46,401 bases of DNA. Source: Reclinomonas americana ATCC 50394 (taxonomy: Eukaryota). Of this stretch, positions 1-11,900 are shown one piece after another. A model generated the notes under the pieces. The model saw only the letters and a program-made list of their open reading frames with translations. It made no database searches and had not been told where the DNA came from. The DNA is taken from the NCBI GenBank assembly GCA_048213135.1, contig PS015054.1:85090-131490 (forward strand). Direction: 5' to 3'. Within the stretch, counting starts at the first letter, position 1. Each line of letters opens with the position of its first letter. A program made the translations under genes and the position numbers.

Positions 1-94
1 CCGCCGCCGAGCCGGGCGTCACTCGGCGAGGCGGAGGCGCAAAGTCTTCCGCCGCCAAGTCGTCACCGGTGAGCAGTGGAACGTCGCCGTACAT
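1..94 (-). CDS. 5' fragment of a hypothetical protein running off the window edge (MYGDVPLLTGDDLAAEDFAPPPRRV...)
   Basis: ATG at 94 (minus) with an open frame to position 1, preceded by a pyrimidine-rich CTCATTTCTCTC; no homology recognised. Confidence 0.35.
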   Translation of the reverse strand, partial: MYGDVPLLTGDDLAAEDFAPPPRRVTPGSAA

Positions 95-126
95 TGCGAG
101 AGAGAAATGAGACTCAGAATTTCATT

Positions 127-1113
127 TCAATTTCCCGCGCATTCCTCGCGTAGCTGATTGTCAGTGGCGCGTCGACGTCGTGCCGTTTCCAAGTCAGTGC
201 GCAGCTGTCGAATGCGGGGCATGACTGCGTCGATGGCCTCTGCGGCCGAGTGGAAGTAGTCGTGCAGCGCGGTCGCCAGGTACACCGTGCCCTCCATCGA
301 CTCAAAGTCACTGCACGTCACGATCAGTCAGCACACACACACGGGCAGAGGTACGCACGAGCAGTGAGCGCACCATCGCTCCACGGCGTACTGCATCATG
401 CGTACAGCGTACTGGCCGAGATCGTCGACCAAACCGGCGGCCGCTTGCACACGAGCCTGTCGCACGTGGTCGGTGGGCCGGTGAGCAAGTTTGCGCCGCA
501 GACCGGTCAGCGTCTGCCGAGCGTCGCGGTAGGCGCGCCTGGAGGTGACCACCTTGTCTTTCAGGAGATCGGCCACAAGGTCCTCGGCGGGGATGACCAG
601 GCGGTCGGCCACAGTGTTGTAGATGGCCGACTTGTTCAGCGCCTGCGTGCGCGCCTTGTGAGCACTCACTGGCGATGATAGATTTGCAGTAACACTCACC
701 ACTGTGCGCAGGGCGTCGGAGAAGCGTGCCACGGTGTCGTTGCGACACCGAATGGCCACGTTGGAGATGATCTCGGCCACTTGCGTCTCCAATGTCGCCG
801 ACTCTGCGCAAGTTGGTTTTTTGAGCGACGATGGAACTTCTGCGCAAGCACAGAGACGTACGCAACTCAAGCTCTGCTGGGCCATCTCGCGGCCGACGGA
901 GATCATCTGGTGCATGTCATGGCTTGTGTGCACGCAGGCGGCTTTCAGCGAGTCGTATCCGACGGCCTTTCGCACGGGCTCTGTCGACGAGAACAGCGGA
1001 CCGGCAGCAGGAGGCGACTGCGGCGAGCCAGGCGAAGATGCCAGGGGTGGTGGTGTTGTTGTCGTTGTCACTGCCGACAATTTGGGCGTGCGAGGAAAGT
1101 GTGTTGCTGTTTG

Positions 1114-1156
<43 letters not shown>

Positions 1157-1403
1157 GAAAACCAACGACCGCATGCAGTGAATGCACACAACCGGTGAGT
1201 CCGAGTTGCTCTCTGTCTCTCTCGACCAGTTGTCTTCACAGACAGGGTGCGCGAAACTCACCTGCGGCAGACTTGCTGTCGCCGTCGCCATCGACGCCGA
1301 GATGCACAGTGTGCAATGCAGGCTGCTGGCGCAGTGCATGCCATACACTCTCGGCACCGATCTCCGATCGTGTCGGTACTGCACACGACTGCCGACAGCC
1401 CAT
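127..1403 (-). CDS. Multi-exon hypothetical protein with an N-terminal MGCRQS acylation-type motif and a helical, possibly BAR-like C-terminal half
   Basis: GT-AG intron 1107-1261 and further short introns join ORF pieces 1236-1508, 328-1239 and 127-321 in frame; C-terminal amphipathic helices (YRDARQTL...HDYFHSAAEAI...IRQLR). The BAR call is by pattern only. Confidence 0.5.
1116..1152. repeat. (GA)n microsatellite in the intron polypyrimidine tract of the minus-strand gene
   Basis: Perfect dinucleotide run read directly. Confidence 0.95.
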
Positions 1404-1734
1404 GAGGTGCGAGGTGAGTGACGGAGTGCTGGGAGAGGAGAGGAGAGGTGTGCGCCGGAGAGTGATGCAAAAAAGAAAGATGAAACATGCACTTCGAAAC
1501 TCCTGCAAGTGACAGTTGACTTGCCTCTCCGTGATAAATTGTGCGCAAATGCATGATGCATGAATGCCACTTCATCATTTGTGGATCGCCATGTTGCCGT
1601 GTTTTGTCGTGTTTTCAAGTCGAACAAACACGGCAAATATCCGAACACTCCGACATCCTTTTTTTTTTCACTTCACACCTCACACACACGCTGACGAGCA
1701 AAGACGAGTCCAGGCGCTCTCTTCGCTGGACATC

Positions 1735-4627
1735 ATGCCGACAACCGACAACTGCGTCTGCGTGGTAATCTACAATGCAAGCGTCCGCATTTTCGACGAT
1801 GTTGCGTTAACGTTCTCAGCCCACCTCCTCTCCGCCTCCGACCCTGCCACTCACTGTGCTGCTGCAAGTACACAGGATATATCGTCCACTGTGTTCGCGA
1901 TGGACTTTGTGTACAGCGGCATCATCTTGGTGCAGCTGCTTGTCATCATGTTTTTCTTGGTGTGTTCAGTTCTCCCTCTCTCACTCCCTCTCTCCTTCAC
2001 CGCCGCAGCCACTGATTCTCCTGCACAGGTGCGAGCCTACTACAATGCACACTCCAGCACCCAGCGTCGGCCACCGATCAAACCCGAGTACTTTGCATTT
2101 CTGATCATCACCACCCTCCTCTTTGTGATGATCACACTCGAGATGACCATCACCAGTGCCGTTCTCGGCATCGCAGTCCACCATGTGGTGGTCAACGGCG
2201 GCCAGTATCTCATCTTCTCGTACGTGGCGTTCACCATTTGGACGCGACCGCGTGAGCTGGAACAGCGGCAACAGCGCCGCTGTGCCGGAGCCCTGCTCTT
2301 TCACACTCATCGCTTTGATCGACCGTGGTTGTGGACCGGCGCGATGTCCCTGTGCATGACAATCACGTTTGTCGTACTGCTGGTGAGACCGACGCCTTCT
2401 GTGAAGGAGACCAGTTCCCTCATGATCTCCTCCTCAAATGCAACAGAACACGCTCGAGTGGCGGTCGGCATCATCGGTGGCGTACAAGAACAACTTGGCG
2501 GTGTCGATTGTGTTCGAGGGCATCCTGGCCGTCACGGGTCTCGTGTCGTTGGTGCGCGCCACTGTCATGCGCCACGGATCTGGTTCTGGTGGTCGCGGTG
2601 GAGTGACCAGCGAGATGTTGTACTCGCTGTATGTGACCGTGGTGTACTCCACCTCGGTGGCCTACGACGCTTTGCTGTGGAAGGACAACCAGACGGGAAC
2701 CGGGCAAGTCTCCTGCAGCACAGCCTGCAACTACGTGACATCGCTCACCGTCCAGTGCACATGGTGCGTACGACTGAATACTGTTGCTCCCTTCATAATT
2801 ACAACTGTCCTGATAATGTGCCTCGCAGCTTCATGTTGCGTGCTCACGTGCCCACTCGCACGCATAACCCATCTACTCTTCTGATCTTCCCAGGCTGCAG
2901 CGTTGTCTACTTTTACTTTCGCGAGGTCAGCAACCAGGCCGCCAATGCCGAAGAGTTTCATCTTTTCCTCGGGCCCGTCAGCAGCATCAACACGCCGCGC
3001 AGCGCCGTGCGCGTGCAAGACGAGGCGCAACTGACTGCAGAAGAGAGACAACGAGGTGCTCCCAACCCAGTGCTGCACCTGATCGGACCGCAAGGCAGCC
3101 GGAGTGCCACCGCCGGTAATGCGTACGGCACAATTGGACTCACCATGTTGCGTGTGTCGTCGCGTCAGCAACACAACAAGGCCCGTAGAATTCATGATGC
3201 ATGTCGCACAGTCAAGTTATCAACCCTGCAGAAATCAAGCTGTTGACGTACATTGGTGGCGGTGCTGGTGGCATGGGTTGCGTACCTCCTATGTTTGTCT
3301 CCGGCTCTGAGTCCTGACATTCATTTCTCCTGCTCCAGTGTACCTGGCGAGGTGGCGCGGCAGACAAGTGGCGGTCAAGCAGTTCCACTTTCCACTCACT
3401 GGCGCCACCCAATACGATGCGGAGATGCGGGAGGAGATGTTGCGGAGCTTCACCCGTGAGCTGCAGGTGCTCGGATCGCTCCGACATGAAAACATTCTCA
3501 CCGGTGCGTGTCACGCCACACTCATTGCCACTATTTCTCTCTCTCTCACCCCGTCAGCAGTGTACGGTGCCACGTTTGGCGAGGAAAAGGTCGGCATCGT
3601 CACCGAGTACCTCCCTCGACGAAGCCTGTTTGCGGTTCTGGATCCCGAGCGACTGCGACAGGAACCCATCACAGCCAGCATTGCGGTACGCTCTCCACAC
3701 ACACACTAAGCAGGCAAAAGAGGTTGATGGAAGAAAAGCCCATGCGTAACGTGCACAGTTGAAGATCGCCGTCGGAGCCGCCCGTGGTCTCCAGTTTCTG
3801 CACTCCCGCACACCACCGATTCTGCATCGCGACATCAAGAGCGACAACGTGTTCCTGTGCGAAGACTGGGAACCGAAAATCGGTGACTACGGTGTTGCCC
3901 GCGAGGTCACAGGTCACACCATGCTTGCCACACGAGTGGTGAGCAATGTGTGACGACTTGGTTGCCACGCCGTCCGTATTCCTCACATTTCTGAACGACA
4001 CACAGGGCACGCCGTCCTGGATGGCCCGTGAGTTCGCCACTACGTGTGTGTGCGTGCGTGCGGGTGTACATCGTCCCACTGACTCCTGCATCCCCGCAGC
4101 CGAGGTGGCCAACGCGCAGCCGCACCTGCCGGCATCTGACGTGTACAGTTTTGGTGAGAAGGACCCTTGGATACAGGCGCTTGCTCCGAGCTCTCATCGT
4201 CCGAATGCTGCAGGTGTCGTCTTGTGGGAGCTCGCGACCAAGCAGCGCCCATTCGCCAACCTGCAAGCCGTGCGCATTATCAACGAACTGGCCAACGGGT
4301 GAGTGAGAACAAGAAGGCTCGCAGTTTTACGAAGCCTCTCTCCCTCTCACACAAACACATGGAGCAGAGTGCTGCAGTTGCCGCTCGAGCCCGACAACGA
4401 CGGCAGCTCCATTCACCCGCGCTTCCCGCAGCTCATTCGCAGCTGCCTCGCTTTCGAGCCCACCGAGAGACCACAGATATCAGCCGTCGGTGCGCACGTT
4501 TGTGATGCGTGCAGTCCACCGCTCCAAGTAGCCGCTCACTTTCCGTGCACACACAGTGGCCACTCTCGAGTCCATGCAGAGCGATGTCGACGGCGTGGAC
4601 CTCCATTCCGATGCCAGCGGGCCGTGA
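1735..4627 (+). CDS. 7-transmembrane protein fused to a C-terminal TKL-group Ser/Thr kinase (about 14 introns)
   Basis: Seven hydrophobic segments at about 1890-2920. Spliced kinase motifs [64 protein letters not shown]. Stop TGA 4625-4627; start ATG 1735 is the best candidate. Confidence 0.85.
2829..2834 (+). other. 6-nt micro-exon (CTTCAT) in TM7 of the 7TM-kinase
   Basis: Flanked by introns 2764-2828 and 2835-2900 (65 and 66 nt), each with a CTGAT branch-like motif and a CAG acceptor. Confidence 0.65.
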
Positions 4628-4989
4628 AATCAATTCAATCACCTGTGCATGGTTCCCGACAAGGAAGACGATGCCTGCAGAAAGTCGGCCCAGCCACTGA
4701 CAAACACCATGTGGTGCTGCAGGTCGCGAGCCAGCGTCTGCGTCTTCCCCGCGATGCGACTCACGCACGCATTCACCTCACTCAGCAGATGCAACGTCTG
4801 CCATGCCGCACACGCAAGTGAGACGAATGGACACATACACATAAACAGACTCATGCACACCTCTTCCAGTTGTTGCTGCAAGCGTTGTTCCGTGTGCTCT
4901 GCCATTCTCACGATCGTGTGTTGTGTTATGTGTGTGAAAGCGACTTGTGTCCTCTGTGACGCGACACGACGTTGGTTGCTTTCGTTTCG

Positions 4990-6362
4990 ATGGGCGTGTG
5001 CGGGTCAAAGACCAAGAACCAGCCCGCAGAGACGGAGAACGATGGTGCGTACATGCGCCTCTGTGCCTGCGCATGTGTGTGCGTGTGTGTTTGCGTACGC
5101 GTGCTCAACCATCAGCAACACGCAGGCACCAACACCTCCAAGGTGCCGTCCATGACGCCGACTGCCAGTGCACATGCAGGCACGTATGCGCGTTGTGTGC
5201 CTCGACCAATGACTCTCTCTCTCTCACACACACACATTCGCTGACTGCCCGAGCAGGAGCGCACAACGAAGGCGACGAGGATGATGATGTGTTGGCGCAG
5301 CGTGATTCACTACCTCGACAGCACAGTGTCGGGGGTGGTGGTGGTGGCGACAACAACCCCGGAGACACCACCTCTGTTCTGGACACCACCGCTGTAAATG
5401 TGGAGACTTGTGATGACGATGTCGACGACGATGATGATGCCGGAGGGGTTGCTGGTGGCATGTCGGCAATGGGTGGTGCGGCTGGGGCCTCTGGCATCGG
5501 TGGCAGTCACAGTGTGACCAATGCGACTGGCGGGGGCGGCAGCTCGGTGATGTCTGTGTCGGCCAGTGCGCCCACAGACACCTCGTCGGCCATCACCGCA
5601 TCGCACATTGCAGGGCGGAGACCGGTGGGTGCTGTGCGCTTGCTGGATCCGCGGAATGCCACTAGCTCGCTGGATACGGCTGCACTGGGCACAGACCCGG
5701 CTTCCCCGAGCGTGGCGTCGTCGGATGTCGGCACGCCCACAAGTCCCAGTTTCCAGGAGGAGCTGGCGAGAAGACTCGGCGCACCGCCGCCGGGCGCCGC
5801 ACGTCGACGACAGACGGAGATGGCGTCGGGTTGGTGTTGTCGCATGTTCGTCAGTGAGTGGTGGCTTCGCACTCAGTGGCGCTCGGCTGTGCAGGTTCTG
5901 GCCATTCCCCGACCGCACTGCTGACCTCGGCCACCGTCACTCGGGCGCGTCCCTCAAGAGGTCGCACCACCTTTGTTATTCCGTCATCGCTGCGAGTGCC
6001 GGCCCCAGTTTCGTGCAGCCGCACGCGGTGCAGCGCGGCACACTGCAAACGCGGTAGCGTGGTCACTCATTGCTTTTGTTCGTGCAGCAGGATGCAGAGG
6101 TCGCCGGCACACCACCACTCCCAGCCAGAGTATCGTCACCCGCGGCACCACCGCCACCGCCACCTCGAACGTGAGCAGCCACGGATGGCTGACTAAACTC
6201 AGACCAGGGAGGGGCGGAGCGCAGAGGAGGGAGAGTCAGGTGACATGTGCTGTAAAATCAAAAAAGGGTTGCACTGTCACTTCGCGATCTACATGGGGTG
6301 ACGGCGGCGGAGAATCGGTGACTCGTGAGGGGCAGGAGCAGACTGTTCGCCGTGCTCCGTGA
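4990..6362 (+). CDS. Low-complexity hypothetical protein with an N-terminal MGVCGSK myristoylation/palmitoylation-type motif; 3' end uncertain
   Basis: Exons joined by introns starting at 5045, 5180 (GC donor), 5830 and probably 5961; contains FQEELARRLG and WLTKLRP short motifs; no family recognised. Confidence 0.55.
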
Positions 6363-6439
6363 ACTTCTCGACAGCAGTCTCCTCCAGCAGCTGATCCCAC
6401 TTCAGAATCGTCAACAATCACCAGCTCAACATATATTTC

Positions 6440-7565
6440 TCACGCGCAAAACGCCGCACCAGCCACCAAGATTTCCTCTCGTGTGTTCACGCGGGCGACG
6501 GGGGCCGATCCACAAGCAACGACCACCCACTTTCGCCGCCACCTTGCAATCGTACGCGAGCTCCCCGTCAACAGCTTGCGCTCACCTGTCGTCCGCTGCG
6601 GAGGAGTGTCGACGATCTCGCCTCTCGGTGCCTCTCGACGATGACGATGACGATGATGACAGCTTGCGACGTTTGGCTGACGAGTGATCCCCCCTGCCAT
6701 CCGCTTCTGGCGACGGCTCTCGGTTGCGTCGCCGACCCTCAGCATCTGCTGACGCACTTGGAGGCGGAGGTGGAGGCTGAGGAGGTGCACTGGGAGGCTC
6801 CGATGGTGGCGGTGGGGGTGGTGGTGGCGGCGGTGGTGGCGGTGGTGGCATCATGGGCCCCTCGTCCACCGCCAACTTGACAAAGTCGCGGCGACACTCC
6901 GTCGGGAAGAACGTCTGGTACTTGCGAGCGCACCGTGCACAGAAGCGCTTCGTGTAGTACACACTGCAGGTGGGCTGCAGACACACTGGCCGAGCACACA
7001 CCACGCAAGCCGCCGCTGCTCACATCACCAAGAAGCGATGAGCACCGTGCTCCGAAAGGGCACATCAGGAGGAACACGCACCGACGCACACACAAGCCGC
7101 ATCAAACGAGAACGGGTTGCGCAGAATGTAGGCCTCGCTCTCCAGATACTCCATGTTTGGCGCAAAGGGCGGATGTCGGCCCACGTAGTGATACAAAAAG
7201 TCATGGCGACACACCTCGCAGTGCACAGTGCGTTTCTGTTTGCGTGTGAGTGGTGAGGAGTCACGTTGCAATGAGATCATCATCTCCGTCAATCAATCAA
7301 TCACACAGGCGTGGGCCAGACCTGGTGGACTGGAGGTCCTGGTCGTCGCCTGCTGCCCTCGCTTCGAAGATCTGCTTGCCACCTGCTGCTCGGCACGTCT
7401 CAGTCTGGTGTGCACTCACTCGGACGAGCACACACAAACACGCATATGCATACATGCATGCACTCACCGATCGCGATCTCGATCGCGAGTGAACGATCGG
7501 GCTGGTGGTGGTGGTGGTGGGGGTGGGGGTGGGGGTGGGGGTGGTCGATCCCAGCGCGACGACAT
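6440..7565 (-). CDS. CDPF1: Cysteine-rich DPF-motif protein (CDPF1 family) with poly-Pro and Arg/Asp/Ser-rich extensions; last exon uncertain
   Basis: Spliced core CEVC..FLYHYVGRHPP...LESEAYILRNPF...CVVCARPVC..PTCSVYYTKRFCARC...FP.ECR matches the CDPF1 pattern as I recall it. Confidence 0.8.
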
Positions 7566-8052
7566 TCTATTCGTGGTATGGAGATCAGTCCACCGGTGAG
7601 TTGTCCGAACAGCACCAAGTTGTCCATCGCTTTTGGTCGTTTGGGGAGCACTGCGCGCCCGTCTTTCCTTGCGAACACAGTAGGTATGCATGTCTCTGTG
7701 CGTAGAGGCATGCACACTTGTTCTCTGACGAGCGGAACAAGCACTGCAGTCTGCGTATAACACTTCAAGTTTCAAGTTCTCGAACACATGGCCGGAGGTG
7801 GAGCTGGAGCTGGTGGTGCTGGTGGAGCGGGAGCTGGCGGTGCGGGAGGAGCCGGAGGAGCTGGTGGCGCATACGTAGCTGTTGAGTGGTCGATGACTCT
7901 TTTTCGCCCCCACCACTGCGTTGCATGCACTCACTGCGGAATCGAATTTCCTGTGTTTTGTTCGAACTCGTTCACCAATGCATCGGTGGTTTCTGTGTTG
8001 TCGGATGTCTCGCGTCTCGCGTGCATTTTTTCTGCCTGTGATGTATGTGCAG

Positions 8053-8509
8053 GTACCGGCCCGCAGTGCGTACATCGCGTCGAGTTTGCTCTTCTAGCGT
8101 AGATTCTGTTTGCTCGAGGAGAATTTCTCGAACCGGTTTTGTTGCTCACTTTCCCCGTTTGTTTGTGTATGTTCTTGCAGCCTGGGCCACAGCGTGCGTT
8201 CTCACCATTCTGGCCATCATCTTCCCACCGCTCGCGGTGATGTGTGTCGTTGCGTTTCAAGCGCAGTCGCTGCGACGCACAAGATACTGCGTCAATATTG
8301 CTCACTTCACGCAGACCGGATGCGACGCGCATTTCAGCCTGGATCTGTTGCTGACCATTCTGGGCTACCTGCCCGGTGCGTACAGCTGTGCTTTCCCTCG
8401 TATGCCATGGGCGTTTGTGCTCACGATCGACGTCACGCATGCACATGCAGGTCTCATCTACGCTATTGTCATCATATTCTCGGGCCCGCCATCGTCCGCC
8501 ATTGTGTGA
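8053..8509 (+). CDS. PMP3: PMP3/RCI2 proteolipid membrane potential modulator; 5' exon uncertain (possibly the Gly-rich ATG at 7788)
   Basis: Spliced ILAIIFPPLAVMCV|TGCDAHFSLDLLLTILGYLPG|LIYAIVII; stop TGA 8507-8509. Confidence 0.85.
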
Positions 8510-8989
8510 TGTCTCGTGGGGTACACAGTGGCTGTGCGGAAAGCGACGGAGCGAGACGGGATGACCTTCAAGAAAACTTGTAAAGCCGAAGTTCGACTCG
8601 AGCTCATCTGTCCCTCATTTGAGTTTATTAGAGTTGAGGCGCGACAGCCATCTCCATTTTGAACCGAGTCTGCGGTGGTGCGTATTGTGCATGTTTAGTT
8701 ACATAGGGGGTTATATGTGCGTGGGTGATGCTTGCGGCACTGCGCACTTCACTTCTCACCGATGTGTCGATCGATGATGAAAGTGCATGCATGCAAATGG
8801 TGCTCTCAGTCTCTCCCTCTCTCACGACTGTGGGGTTCTGTCGTGCGTCTCTTCTTGCTTCTCCACCGCCGATCAAACTGGCGGGCGGGGCGGGTGGCTT
8901 CAAGGCGATGCTGTGACATCGCTCACTCACCTCCACCTTCTCCCCATCCTTCTCCCCTCTCTCCACCCACACACGTGCAGAAGTGGAGC

Positions 8990-11900
8990 ATGTCACAGCC
9001 TCCACATAAATTGGTGCCGTCGTACGGCGGTGAGAACCCAGGGAGTCACTCGTACCCCATGTTTGGGTCGCCCCCTCCACCACCACTTCCTCCTGTTCCA
9101 CCACCACAACAGCAACAACAGCAGCAGCAACAGCAGCCGCAGATACTCTATCACAACCCACCGGTGCACTTGCTTCACCAGCAGGCGCCATCACAGTATC
9201 ATCTCACTCAGCATCAACATCAGCAACACATGCATCACCACGCAATGCCGCCACCCGAGGTGTACTACTCCTACGCTGGCGACGTATACGCGATGCCTTA
9301 TGACGGTGCGTGTGCTCTTGGCGTGCTTGCATCCCCCCCGTGCTCACCTGCTGGTATCACCGCAGCTGCTGCGTACGCCTGGCCACCGCACGGCGCGTGG
9401 CAGAGTGAGCCACGACAGTCGCGCAACCAATCGAAGAAGTCGCGACCGCGGGCACCGGCGAAGCGGCCGACGCCGCGAGTGAAGAGCATCCAAGATGAGG
9501 CGGAGCCCATGGAGTTGTCGTCACCGGATCCGAATCCTCCCCCGATTCGCTCGAGGAGTCCACCACACGTCTCTGGCAGCAGCGCGTCCAACCCTCCACC
9601 ACAGTCGGGGGCGAAGCGAAGCACGTCGCTGATTGCCAAGTTGGATGCACCGCTGTCGACTCCGCGGCAGCAGTCGCGATCAACCCCAGGTGTTCCGTCG
9701 CCGGTGAAGGGAGCTTCGTCGTCGTCCACGTCAGCTGCCCCTACCAAAGTGGCATTGGCGTCTTTCAAGTCGTCGGCGCCACCGGCACCTCCTTCATCCT
9801 CTTCGTCGGCGTCGTCAGCTCCGCCAGCAGCGGCGAAGCCAGCACAGGAATCGTCGTCCAAGTCATCCGCGTCATCCGCACCTTCGTCTTCTTCGTCATC
9901 GTCGTCAACGAAGCCAGCATCAGCACCGGCAGCGGCGGTGGCGGCGAAGCCAGCACCATCTCCTTCCTCTGCGTCATCGACGAAACCAGCATCATCGTCA
10001 TCAGCCGCGAAGTCGGCACTGGAATCGTCATCGTCTTCTTCGTCATCGTCGTCAACGAAATCAGCATCAGCACCGGCGGCAGCGACGAAGCCAGCACCAT
10101 CTCCTTCACCGGCGTCATCGACGAAACCCGCATCATCGTCATCAGCCTCAGCCAAGCCGGCACCGCAGTCGTCATCTTCTTCCTCGTCTTCGTCGTCAAC
10201 GAAATCAGCATCAGCACCGGCGGCAGCGTCGAAACCAGCATCATCGTCTTCGGCCTCAGCCAAGCCGGCACCGGAGTCGTCATCTTCTTCCTCGTCATCA
10301 TCGTCATCAAAATCAGCCTCAGCACCAGCAGCGGCGACGAAGCCAGCACCGTCTTCTTCATCGGCGTCATCGACGAAACCAGCATCATTGTCGTCCGCCT
10401 CGGCAGCCGCAGCGACGAAGCCAGCATCGGAATCGTCGTCCAAGTCGTCAGCGCCACCCGCATCGTCGTCGTCGTCATCGTCATCAACGAAACCGGCCTC
10501 AGCACCATCAGCAGCGAGGCCAGCACAGGAATCGTCATCCAAGTCATCAGCATCATCCGTGCCGCCGCCGTCGTCTTCTTCGTCGGCCTCATCCACGGGG
10601 AAACCGGCTGGCGGAGAGCCGAGCAAGTCGTCTGCGTCATCGACCAAGACTTCTGCTGCGCCACCGCAGCCGCCACCTGCTTCTGCTGTCAGTGCGGCCG
10701 CACAACCGTCCGCCTTTGTTGGTGCGCCGGGCAAGTCGCTGTCATCGTCAAATAGCAGGAGTGCAATGCCGGCCGTGTCGGTCCCCGCCAAGCCGCCATC
10801 GACAATCACATCAACTGCGACTGCTGTACCCCAGCAGCCGACACCGATCGTCGCCTCAGCCGCCGCTTCTTCCGTGCCTTCTGTGATTGCGACACCGGCT
10901 GTCGCTGGTGGGTTGTTGCCGACAAACGCAGCGGCGGTGATGCCATTGGAGCCGCTGCTGACGGGTCCAGTGATTGTCAACTTTGATTCGTCTTCTGAGG
11001 AAAGCGATGAAGACGAGACCGGTGTCGGTTTCCGTTCCATGGCCACGACCCCCGAGTCTTTGGAGACGGATGAAGATCGTTGCGTGTGCGCGCCAAGTGT
11101 GTCCAGTGGCATTCGAAGCTTCTCTGACCGCAGTCGGCGACACAGGCGTGACAAGTTTTTTGCAGTCGATAAAAGCAGAGATGGAGATCCGCAAGGATGT
11201 TTCGCAACCGCAGCCACAGGCTCTGCCTCCGCTGGGCGCACAGCAACAGCAGCAACAACAGCAACAACAGCAACATCATCCGATCGCTGTGCGTATGACC
11301 GGCACCGACATGTCGAGCATTGCGATGCGTCAGATGGAGCTTGACCGATTGCGGCGTGAGATGGAGCTGAAGCAGCAGGCGCTGAAGCTGTTGCAGCAGA
11401 GGAAGAAGAACACTACGAAAAAACCGGGTTTGTTGTTGCTGGAGGCTTGCAGCGAGCCGTCCGTGTGTTCCTCACGCTACACCAATACAGTGTCGGCCAG
11501 CGTCGAGGCCGAGGTGGCTCCTGTGGTATCCTCATCGGCAGCGGTGACCACGCCGTCACCGTTTGCGTCTCTGGCCGGAAGTGTCGCAGGGCTGACGGAG
11601 CCTTTGAACATGAACGACAATGACCGTTCTCCAGCGTCATTGCTGGCATCGGCGGCGGTACCATCGTCTGCGCCTGTCGAGCAACCCGCATCGGCGCCGC
11701 CAGCGAGAGTACCTCCACCACCAATCGCTTTGCCGGTTCGTCTGGTTGGAGATGTTTTGTTCGTGGTGGTGCGCCTGTGCGTGTTGGTGTTGATTTGTGT
11801 TTTCAATGCAGCAGCGCACGGGAGCTACAAGCGAAGCAACGGGCACTGTGGTGGGTGTGGGAAAACGTTCGCTACAGGAGAGCCAGAGTTCGGATGGTGA

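Noticed and set aside
5957-6116. Short direct repeat AGAGGTCGC at both ends of a putative intron
   Set aside because: Only 9 nt in GC-rich sequence, and a normal CAG acceptor nearby explains the frame; no insertion hallmarks
8510-8989. Possible ncRNA or small minus-strand gene between PMP3 and ZFC3H1
   Set aside because: No tRNA, snRNA or snoRNA structure recognised; only a tiny unsupported ORF
9298-11241. 647-aa Asp/Ala/Gly-rich antisense ORF
   Set aside because: Shadow of the TCN/GCN-rich ZFC3H1 exon; stop-free because of codon composition, with no independent gene signals
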